A stretch of 18,137 bases of DNA. Origin: Elusimicrobiota bacterium (GTDB lineage: Bacteria > Elusimicrobiota > Elusimicrobia > Elusimicrobiales > UBA9959). A model generated the notes under the pieces. The model ran no database searches. It saw only the letters and a program-made list of their open reading frames with translations, and had not been told where the DNA came from. Positions 7,734 to 14,656 of this stretch are shown piece by piece. Where the stretch lies: positions 1 to 18,137 of the forward strand of contig JBAXKK010000054.1 of the NCBI GenBank assembly GCA_037137395.1. The letters run 5' to 3'. Position 1 is the first letter of the stretch, and the number at the start of each line of letters is the position of its first letter. A program made the position numbers and the translations under genes.

Positions 7734-7972
7734 TCGGCCTCCGAGATTATTTTCTTTAGTTCCTGGGTGGCTGGAATCCTGGCTGAAAATTTAACTTTAC
7801 CGTTTATAGCTAAAGCCGGGGTCATCATAACTCCCATGTCGGTTATCTTGTTTATATCATTGATCTTTTCCATCTCATACTTTATTCCAAGTTCTTTGGC
7901 CGCAGCTTCAGCTGCCGCGTAAAGCTTATTGCATTTTGGACAGCCCATGCCCAGTATTTGAATCTTGATCAT
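7730..7972 (-). CDS. arsE: Small thioredoxin-like protein (MTH895/ArsE type)
   Basis: IKIQILGMGCPKC...GVMMTPALAING. Start set at ATG 7972, which has a GGAGG SD just upstream; the ORF-track start at 7993 runs into the repeat tract. Confidence 0.85.
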   Translation of the reverse strand: MIKIQILGMGCPKCNKLYAAAEAAAKELGIKYEMEKINDINKITDMGVMMTPALAINGKVKFSARIPATQELKKIISEAE

Positions 7973-7988
7973 AAAACCTCCATTGGTT

Positions 7989-8037
7989 GCCATACATTAA
8001 CCGCCATATGCTTTAGGCCGTAAGCCATAAGCTTTAA
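7989..8037 (+). repeat. 7-bp-period repeat tract (GCCATAR/GCTTTAR family)
   Basis: In phase: gccatac attaacc gccatat gctttag gccgtaa gccataa gctttaa. Confidence 0.8.
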
Positions 8038-8044
8038 AATTCTC

Positions 8045-9007
8045 TTACTTTACTATCAGATTAAACAAGAACCCTGTGAATATTATCCCCATGCCTACTA
8101 TCCCGAAGAAAATAAAAAGCAGTTTGATCTTCATAACGCGGCGCAGTATCAGAAACTCCGGCAGCGATAAACCTGTTACCGCCATCATAAACGCCAGCGT
8201 TGTGCCCAGCGCCACGCCTTTTTCAGTAAGGGCGCTTACCAGCGGGATAATCCCCGCGGCGTTTGAATAGAGCGGGATGCCCACCAGCGTTGCCAGCGGC
8301 ACCGCGTACCATTTATCAGCCCCGGCCCAGCGCGCGAGGAAGTTTTCAGGCACATAACCATGTATCCAGGCGCCTATTCCTATGCCTATGAGCACATAAG
8401 GCCATACTGTCTTAAAAATATCCGCTGTGTAGTCCCGGGCGTAAGTTAAGCGCTCAGGCCAGGACATCGTAGCGCCGAAAGCGATGTTCTGTATCCTCTT
8501 TGAAAGATCAAAACCTTCAAGCAGATATTCAAGGTTAAGCTTGCCGATTATAAGCCCTGAAACGACCGCGATAACAAAACCGCTTAACGCGTAAAGAGCG
8601 GCTATTTTAAAGCCGAACATGCCGAACAGCATCACAAGAGCAACCTCGTTTATCATCGGCGAGGCAACCAGGAATGAGAAGGTTACGCCCAGCGGAATGC
8701 CTGTCTGTATGAAGCCCAGGAACAGCGGTATAGCGCTGCAGGTGCAGAACGGAGTTATAATGCCGAGGCCGGCCGCCCACAAATGTCCGGAAAACCTGCT
8801 TTTTTTGAGAATTATTTCTCTTATTTTGGAAGGCGGCAGGAAGGTGCGTATTATGGAAACCGCGAAGATTATACCGGCCAGAAGTATGAATATTTTTATC
8901 GTGTCAAAAATAAAAAAGTTTACGGATCCGCCCGCCAGCGTGTTGCGGCCAAGGCCGAAAACTCCGTATACAATCCAATCGGAGAAAATCTGAACAGGCT
9001 TAAACAT
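8045..9007 (-). CDS. arsP: ArsP-family (DUF318) organoarsenical permease
   Basis: 320 aa. GIITPFCTCSAIPLF, SFLVASPMINE, GIPLYSNAAG and GLSLPE motifs; directly follows arsR. Confidence 0.9.
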   Translation of the reverse strand: MFKPVQIFSDWIVYGVFGLGRNTLAGGSVNFFIFDTIKIFILLAGIIFAVSIIRTFLPPSKIREIILKKSRFSGHLWAAGLGIITPFCTCSAIPLFLGFIQTGIPLGVTFSFLVASPMINEVALVMLFGMFGFKIAALYALSGFVIAVVSGLIIGKLNLEYLLEGFDLSKRIQNIAFGATMSWPERLTYARDYTADIFKTVWPYVLIGIGIGAWIHGYVPENFLARWAGADKWYAVPLATLVGIPLYSNAAGIIPLVSALTEKGVALGTTLAFMMAVTGLSLPEFLILRRVMKIKLLFIFFGIVGMGIIFTGFLFNLIVK

Positions 9008-9008
9008 A

Positions 9009-9296
9009 TTACCTCTTGAGCCCGGCTACGCAGGCCGCAAAGTCCAGGACGCAGGGGCAGGTGAGGCGGTAATGCAGCCAGTTGCCCTCGCGGCGCGCGG
9101 CCACCAGTCCGGCTTTTTTAAGCACCAGCAGATGCTTTGATACGGTTGAGATATCGTCGCCAACCATATCGCGCAGCTTGCAGACGCAGGTTTCCTTCTT
9201 TTTAAGGGAATTGAGTATCAGAAGACGGGTGGGATGCGCCATGGCCTTTATGACAGCGGCCTGTGCGGCGTAATCGTTCTTTGTTTTAACCTTCAT
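9009..9296 (-). CDS. arsR: ArsR/SmtB-family As(III)-responsive repressor
   Basis: KAMAHPTRLLIL, ETCVCKL (CVC site), STVSKHL, GLVAARREG, extra C-terminal Cys (CPC...C). Start set at ATG 9296 because the upstream in-frame stretch is the promoter/operator. Confidence 0.93.
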   Translation of the reverse strand: MKVKTKNDYAAQAAVIKAMAHPTRLLILNSLKKKETCVCKLRDMVGDDISTVSKHLLVLKKAGLVAARREGNWLHYRLTCPCVLDFAACVAGLKR

Positions 9297-9331
9297 ACAT
9301 CTATTTTGCCAAATAGCCAAATAGATGTCAA
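9297..9331 (-). promoter_or_regulatory. ars operon sigma70 promoter with overlapping ArsR operator
   Basis: Minus strand TTGACA (9326-9331), 17 nt, CAAAAT (9303-9308), 6 nt, ATG. Perfect 10-bp inverted repeat ACATCTATTT (9297-9306) / AAATAGATGT (9319-9328) and tandem GCCAAATAG copies. Confidence 0.8.
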
Positions 9332-9354
9332 TCATTAAAACCAGTGAATAGTGG

Positions 9355-10668
9355 TTAGTGGTTAGCGGCGGGTTGCACTTTGCTTGATAAGTCCCTTTTG
9401 GCGAAGAGGCCGTAGATTATGGAGCGGACCAGGCCGGGATGCCGCAGGAGCCAGCCGGGGCGCTCGGCCAGTCTGAGAGGAAGTTTGCGGCGGAAGTAGC
9501 CGGAGAGTTTTACGATCGCGTCCTGGACGCCGGCCTCCAGTTCTTCCGGGGTCATGTTTTTAGGTTTGAAGACGGCGTTAGCCCAGCCGAAATTCATGCG
9601 GTCCTTACCTTCCAGAAGCCGCCCCTCTTTTTTGAACTGCTCATATATTTTAGTGCCGGGATACGGCGTTAGTACATAAAGGTTCGCGTCGTCCAGATTT
9701 ATCTCTTTGGCCATAGCCACGCTGCGCGCGAAGATCTCTTTGTCGTCGGTGTCGAAGCCGAACATCAGGAACCCCGTGACCAATATGCGGTGTTTGTGCA
9801 GGAGCGAGACGGCGGCTTTGTAGTCGCCGATATGATTGTGGTCTATGGCCGCCCATTTAAGAGATTCGGGGCTGGAAGTCTGAAATCCCATCTGAACATG
9901 GAAGCAGCCCGCTCTGGCCATTTTCTCCACCAGCAGCGGGTTCTTGGCTATGGTGGTGGGCGCCTGTATTGAAAATATTTTTTTGAGAGGGGCTATCCTG
10001 TCGAAGAGCGCCATGGCGTAGGCCGGATCGGCGAAAAGATTATCGTCTACGAAATAGATAACTTTCTGTTTTAAGCTTTTAAGCTCTTCGTAGACTTTCT
10101 CTATGTCCCTTTTGCGGTAGGCGCTCCATGGGACTTCCGGCAGGTAGCAGTAGAGGCATTTATTGGGACAACCCCTGGTGGCCTGGATGCAGGATATCCA
10201 CGAGGTTTCGTTCAGCAGGTCCCGTCTGGGCGCGGGTACATCGTCCATGTCGGTAGGCCGGTCGCTTTTGTAAATGTTTTTGAGCTCGCCTTTCCCGGCG
10301 TCGGTCAGGAGTTCTTTCCATACATATTCCGCCTCCCCCACAACCACGGCGTCGGAGTGCGCGAGGCATTCCTGCGGCAACAGGCTGGGATGCGGCCCGC
10401 CCATAACCACCTTTGCCCCTTTTGCCCTGAATCTGTACGCGATGGCGTAGGCCTGCTCCGAGGTGAAGGTTGTGACCGTTATACCCACGAGGTCGAAGTT
10501 CTTTTCATACGGTATCGCGTCCCAGTCTCCGTCCGCAACTGTCACTTCGTTGCCGTCGCTTAAGGCCGCCAGTATGCCAAGATTGAGGGGCGTAAACTTG
10601 ACGCTCTCAAGCAGGCGATACAGGCCGCCTTTAACGAACCATCTGGGTTTAATCAGGAGTATCTTCAT
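9355..10668 (-). CDS. B12-binding-domain radical SAM protein
   Basis: N-terminal cobalamin-binding-like region (DLVGITVTT, VVMGGPHPS, VVVGEAE), TRGCPNKCLYC (CxxxCxxC), FVDDN, TPYPGT. Start moved to ATG 10668 (MKILLIKP) to avoid overlap with the upstream gene. Confidence 0.92.
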   Translation of the reverse strand: MKILLIKPRWFVKGGLYRLLESVKFTPLNLGILAALSDGNEVTVADGDWDAIPYEKNFDLVGITVTTFTSEQAYAIAYRFRAKGAKVVMGGPHPSLLPQECLAHSDAVVVGEAEYVWKELLTDAGKGELKNIYKSDRPTDMDDVPAPRRDLLNETSWISCIQATRGCPNKCLYCYLPEVPWSAYRKRDIEKVYEELKSLKQKVIYFVDDNLFADPAYAMALFDRIAPLKKIFSIQAPTTIAKNPLLVEKMARAGCFHVQMGFQTSSPESLKWAAIDHNHIGDYKAAVSLLHKHRILVTGFLMFGFDTDDKEIFARSVAMAKEINLDDANLYVLTPYPGTKIYEQFKKEGRLLEGKDRMNFGWANAVFKPKNMTPEELEAGVQDAIVKLSGYFRRKLPLRLAERPGWLLRHPGLVRSIIYGLFAKRDLSSKVQPAANH

Positions 10669-10690
10669 CGATAAGCCAGGGTAACAGGTT

Positions 10691-11833
10691 TTAAAAAAGA
10701 GATTTCCATGGATCCCTGGTCTTAATGAATTCCAGGAAGCGGGTCGTATTCTTGTTCTGCAGCTCCTCGTGTTCGGAGCGGGTTGTTTCGTCCACGGGCT
10801 CAAAGAAGCAGGTCGGGTCCTCGGCCATGTAGTCCCCGGTCTTATAGAAAGCCAGCGCGCGGCAACCGCCGCAGGTTTGCTTGTAGCGGCAGCGACCGCA
10901 TTTACCCTTTAATGTTTCACGGGAGCGCACGGCTTTTATTATCTCGTTATTCCGGAGTATGTCAGTGAGCGCGATATCTCTGACATTGCCGCATTTCAGG
11001 TTGTTGTCCAGCAGATGCACGCAGGGCGCCACGTGCCCCTCGGCGGAGATGCCGACGAAGCCGCGGGCCGCCTGGCAGCCAAGCTGGTCTATCTCCACGT
11101 TCATCTCTTTCCACTTATCTTCCAGAAATTCCGGTCCGGCGAAAAAAGGCGTATAGCTCACATAACTTAAAGCGTAATTCCTGAGGACAGGGTGTATTAT
11201 GTTCTTCATGTCTTCCGGAGTCAGCGCCAGTTCCTGGTGGCAATTGCCCATGCCGCGCGTGACGAAAGGGGACCTGAGCATCGGAATTTTTTTGAGCTTC
11301 AGAAAATTGACTGTGGTGGAAAAGCTTTTAAGGTTGCTCTTGCTTATAGTGGTTATGAAGAAGAAGTTTACGCCCGCTTTAAGGCAGAGGCGCGCCGCTT
11401 TGATCACCGTCCAGAGGCTATCGTCGCGGCTCCATTTCTGGATCGTGGGCAGAATTGAGTTAAGGGAGAAGACAAAGATGACCTTGCCGCCGGTCGCAGT
11501 CTTTACGCGCTTCAACAGATCGGACGTGAGCAGGGTGCCATTGGTGTTTATAAACGACCAGAGCCCGGCCTTGGCGGTGTATTCCAGTATTTCCAGCGCG
11601 TCCGGTCTGAGCAGGTGTTCCCCGCCGGAAAAAGCGATGGCTCCGTGCGAGCAGTAGTTCCTTATCTCGTCGATTACCAGGCGCTTTATCTCTTCGGTGG
11701 AAAGTTCGGTTGTGTGGTCTTTCGGTTTGGCGCGGGGCGCTTTAGCCATGCAGTAGCGGCAGTTGAGGTTGCATTTGCGGGTGCTCTCAAAATAGCACAG
11801 GAAGAATTTTTTCCGCGGATCCTTGTTGTCCAT
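10691..11833 (-). CDS. Radical SAM/SPASM domain protein (AhbC/AhbD/NirJ-like architecture)
   Basis: CNLNCRYC, FSGGEH, NTNGT; SPASM cysteines GCQAARG...GHVAPC...KCGRCRYKQTCGGCRA...DPTC. Confidence 0.92.
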   Translation of the reverse strand: MDNKDPRKKFFLCYFESTRKCNLNCRYCMAKAPRAKPKDHTTELSTEEIKRLVIDEIRNYCSHGAIAFSGGEHLLRPDALEILEYTAKAGLWSFINTNGTLLTSDLLKRVKTATGGKVIFVFSLNSILPTIQKWSRDDSLWTVIKAARLCLKAGVNFFFITTISKSNLKSFSTTVNFLKLKKIPMLRSPFVTRGMGNCHQELALTPEDMKNIIHPVLRNYALSYVSYTPFFAGPEFLEDKWKEMNVEIDQLGCQAARGFVGISAEGHVAPCVHLLDNNLKCGNVRDIALTDILRNNEIIKAVRSRETLKGKCGRCRYKQTCGGCRALAFYKTGDYMAEDPTCFFEPVDETTRSEHEELQNKNTTRFLEFIKTRDPWKSLF

Positions 11834-11867
11834 GGTCGTAACTCAATTTTATCTTAATCGGAGGTGT

Positions 11868-12974
11868 TCAGATCCCGCCGCGCTTGCGCTTTGGGACATC
11901 TTTAATCTCTTTGCTGATCTTTTTCGCGCGGTCCTTCCGTTTAAGGCGTTCGGCCACGTCCATTTTGGATTTCAGGAAGGCGGTTTCGGCGCGCAGCTTC
12001 AGGTAATTGTCGTAGTGGGCGCTGTCCAGGGTTCCGGTCTCCAGCGCGGCGCGCACGGCGCAACCCGGCTCGTTGGAATGGGAACAGTTGCCGAACCTGC
12101 ATTCAGCGGCCAGCGCGTGAATAGCCTCGAAAGTTTCGTCCACGACATCCGCTTCGGCCCAGAGTTCCAGGCCGCGCATGCCGGGCGTGTCTATCAGAAG
12201 AGCTCCCCCCCATGACGCATTGGCCGGCAGGACGAACAGCTTTCTGCCCGTGGTGGTATGGCGCCCCTTGGAGTCGTCTTCTCTGACGGAGGCTATGCGC
12301 TGAAGGTCGGAGCCCATCAGATTGTTTATTATAGTGGATTTGCCGGCGCCGGATGAGCCCACCAGCACGATGGTGCGTCCGGCCGTAATGTAGGTGTTCA
12401 GGGCCTCATAGCCGGTACGGTTGATGGAATCCAGCAGCAGTACAGGAGCGTCCAGGCTGCGCCCGCGCACTTCAGCAGCCTTTGATTCGGCGTCGGGGAC
12501 AAGATCGCTTTTGTTCAGTATGATGACCGCTGTGGCTCCGCCGGCCCTGGCGGCGGTCAGATATCGTTCCAGACGTTTAAGGTTATAGTCGTCGTCCAGA
12601 CCCTGGACGATGAAAACTATATCTATATTGGCGGCGAGGACCTGTTCTTCTTTCCCGCCGGGGTCGAGGCGGGACAGCACGGCTTTTCTGGGCAGAAGGC
12701 CCTGTATGGTCTGCCGCTGGCCGCCGGGGTTGAAACTGAGGGCTACCCAATCTCCCACTGCCGGGAATTGGGCCTTGGATTTTTTGGCCGCGCGCCTGAA
12801 GACGCCGGAAACTTCAGCAAGATACGCGCCGTTGGCGCAGATAACATCGTAGGCTGAACGATGTTCGGCTACGACCCGGGCCGGGATGAGGTTTTCCGCT
12901 GAAAAAGTATTAAAAGCTTCCGCCAGTTCCGGCGTCCAGCCAAGTTCTTTAAGCGTCGGAATCTTTTGGGTCAT
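11868..12974 (-). CDS. rsgA: Ribosome small subunit-dependent GTPase A
   Basis: PAVGDWV, circularly permuted GTPase (NKSD, GSSGAGKS, GRHTT, DTPG), Zn finger CRFGNCSHSNEPGC. ATG 12974 preferred over TTG 12992. Confidence 0.96.
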   Translation of the reverse strand: MTQKIPTLKELGWTPELAEAFNTFSAENLIPARVVAEHRSAYDVICANGAYLAEVSGVFRRAAKKSKAQFPAVGDWVALSFNPGGQRQTIQGLLPRKAVLSRLDPGGKEEQVLAANIDIVFIVQGLDDDYNLKRLERYLTAARAGGATAVIILNKSDLVPDAESKAAEVRGRSLDAPVLLLDSINRTGYEALNTYITAGRTIVLVGSSGAGKSTIINNLMGSDLQRIASVREDDSKGRHTTTGRKLFVLPANASWGGALLIDTPGMRGLELWAEADVVDETFEAIHALAAECRFGNCSHSNEPGCAVRAALETGTLDSAHYDNYLKLRAETAFLKSKMDVAERLKRKDRAKKISKEIKDVPKRKRGGI

Positions 12975-12990
12975 AGGGGTATAAGTCGGC

Positions 12991-13110
12991 AATCGTAAAT
13001 CGTAAAGCGGGAAACGTAAAGAGTAAGCGATCTCTATTCTGCCTATAGCCTATGGCCTCCGTAAATCGTAATAATCTCTATTCTGCCTATGGCTTAAAGC
13101 CTATGGCGGT
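12991..13110. repeat. Compound intergenic repeat: heptamer tracts plus a local duplication
   Basis: aatcgta aatcgta aagcggg aaacgta aagagta; CGTAAATCGTAA at 12994-13005 and 13060-13071; ATCTCTATTCTGCCTAT at 13030-13046 and 13074-13090, each running into the reverse complement of the GCCATAG family. Confidence 0.85.
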
Positions 13111-13125
13111 CGTTAGCTTAAATCT

Positions 13126-14139
13126 TCACTCCTTCCCCTGATGGGCTTCCGTGTATTTTATTATTTCGTTCATCATCCGCACGGTTTCGGCGGGATATTT
13201 CCCGGCCGCCGTCTCCCCGGAAAGCATGACATAATCGCTGCCGTCCAGAATAGCGTTGGCCACGTCAGACACTTCCGCTCGTGTGGGCAACTTGTGGTCG
13301 GTCATGGATTCCAGCATCTGTGTGGCCGTGATGACCGGCTTTTTAAGAAGATTGCACTTTCGTATGATGCGCTTCTGGAGCATGGGTATCTGCCATATCG
13401 GGAAGGTTACGCCCATATCTCCGCGCGCGATCATAATGCCATCGGAAGCTTCGATTATAGCGTCCAGGTTTTCAAGCGCTTCCCTGGCCTCGATCTTTGC
13501 TATTACCTTCGCCGGACTTTTGCGCGCCCGGACTGTTTTTTTTACGGCCAGGATGTCCCCGGCATCGCGCACGAAGGACTGCGCGATAAAATCGAATTTA
13601 TTGGAGATCGCGAAGTCCAGATCAGCCCGGTCCTCCTCGTTCAGCTCCGGGAAATCCAGATTCGCGGCCGGGATGTTCACGCCCTTCCGCTCTTTAAGCG
13701 AAGCCGGAGTGATAACCGAACATTTGATCGAGTCTTTTGCAACCGAGATGGTTTTAAGACAGATGTTCCCGTCGTCTATATATATCAGAAAGCCTTTTTT
13801 TATCCGGGACATTTCCCCCTTATAGTCAAAAGGAATTATGACTCCATTGCCGGCGCCGTTCCTGGACAGGGTTACCATCTGATTTTTTATGAGTTCGATG
13901 GGGCTTTTGATCCGCCCTACGCGTACGCGGTTGCCCTTAAGGTCGGCCAGAAGCCGAATATGGCGGCGAAGTTGTTTATTCAGGGTCCGGACTGAGGCTA
14001 GGCGCGCTAGGCGCTCAGAAATTTCGCCGTGTGAGAAGTTAAGCCGCGCGACATCCAGCCCCGCCTCAACCATGCCGCGGAGTACCGCCGGAGAGGAACT
14101 TGCCGGACCGAGCGTGGCGATAATCTTGGTTTTTACCAT
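13126..14139 (-). CDS. pyk: Pyruvate kinase, short form without the C-terminal domain
   Basis: TKIIATLGPAS, RLNFSHG, KGVNIP, AKIE, IARGDMG, ATQMLESM, RAEVSDVANA, MLSGETA. Ends at 337 aa, right after the barrel domain. Confidence 0.95.
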   Translation of the reverse strand: MVKTKIIATLGPASSSPAVLRGMVEAGLDVARLNFSHGEISERLARLASVRTLNKQLRRHIRLLADLKGNRVRVGRIKSPIELIKNQMVTLSRNGAGNGVIIPFDYKGEMSRIKKGFLIYIDDGNICLKTISVAKDSIKCSVITPASLKERKGVNIPAANLDFPELNEEDRADLDFAISNKFDFIAQSFVRDAGDILAVKKTVRARKSPAKVIAKIEAREALENLDAIIEASDGIMIARGDMGVTFPIWQIPMLQKRIIRKCNLLKKPVITATQMLESMTDHKLPTRAEVSDVANAILDGSDYVMLSGETAAGKYPAETVRMMNEIIKYTEAHQGKE

Positions 14140-14151
14140 TGGCGTAGGTTA

Positions 14152-14160
14152 ATTCTATCA
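14152..14160 (-). promoter_or_regulatory. Extended -10 promoter for pyk
   Basis: Minus strand TGaTAGAAT, 12 nt before ATG 14139; no SD between them. Confidence 0.5.
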
Positions 14161-14175
14161 AATGTGGATAGCGAT

Positions 14176-14281
14176 TTAGAGGCAAAACAACTTAGAGGCA
14201 AGGCCGGCTAAAAACAAACCACCCAGAGCACGGCCATTTATACTTAAATTGCCTTGCGTCTAGATGGCTTTACGTCTAGAT
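14176..14281. repeat. Two short direct-repeat pairs with 16-bp spacing
   Basis: TTAGAGGCAA at 14176 and 14192; CGTCTAGAT at 14257 and 14273. Confidence 0.6.
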
Positions 14282-14299
14282 TGCTTATTGCTCGCGCTG

Positions 14300-14656
14300 T
14301 CAGCTTACTTTGCAGCGGCGTCTTTTGGAAATAAGGTATTCGCCGTTCTTCATGTGCATCCTGGCCACCAATTGATGGGTGCCGGGAGTGAAATTGGTCC
14401 AGTCGAACCACCAGTAACCCACTGAGTGCCTGCATCCCTGCCACGGAGCATCGTCTATTGAAATATCCAGGCTGACGGCGGCGCTGGCGGCTATCCTGAC
14501 GGAATAATCTCTGGAAGTTATTGTTTCCAGATTCTTGGGATGGTCTATTAGCACGTACTCGCTCGTGTTGGTCAGTTTCTCGCGAGCGGCGGTCTTGGTG
14601 GCGGTATTCGTTGTGGTCTTTGTGGTGATATTCTTCTTAACGGTCAGCTTAATCAT
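14300..14656 (-). CDS. Possible independently initiated 118-aa protein nested in frame in the Tal-Pgi tail
   Basis: AAGGTGAGGAG-agcaat-ATG at an in-frame Met (MIKLTVKK), then a Lys/Thr-rich segment and a beta-rich, Trp-rich domain (IDHP...ISIDDAPWQGCR...GYWWFDW...GTHQLVAR). Confidence 0.55.
   Translation of the reverse strand: MIKLTVKKNITTKTTTNTATKTAAREKLTNTSEYVLIDHPKNLETITSRDYSVRIAASAAVSLDISIDDAPWQGCRHSVGYWWFDWTNFTPGTHQLVARMHMKNGEYLISKRRRCKVS

Noticed and set aside
10669..10803. 45-aa N-terminal extension of the B12 radical SAM ORF
   Set aside because: Overlaps the SPASM gene; MKILLIKP is a typical family start.
10691..11833. Gene symbol ahbC/ahbD/nirJ for the SPASM protein
   Set aside because: Architecture is similar but there is no heme-pathway context, so a specific name is not supportable.
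12991..13110. CRISPR array
   Set aside because: Only two 17-bp copies, the intervening sequence is itself repetitive, and no cas genes are present.
13141..13995. 284-aa plus-strand ORF and the many other plus-strand ORFs in the track
   Set aside because: They are antisense shadows of well-supported minus-strand genes and show no recognisable motifs.
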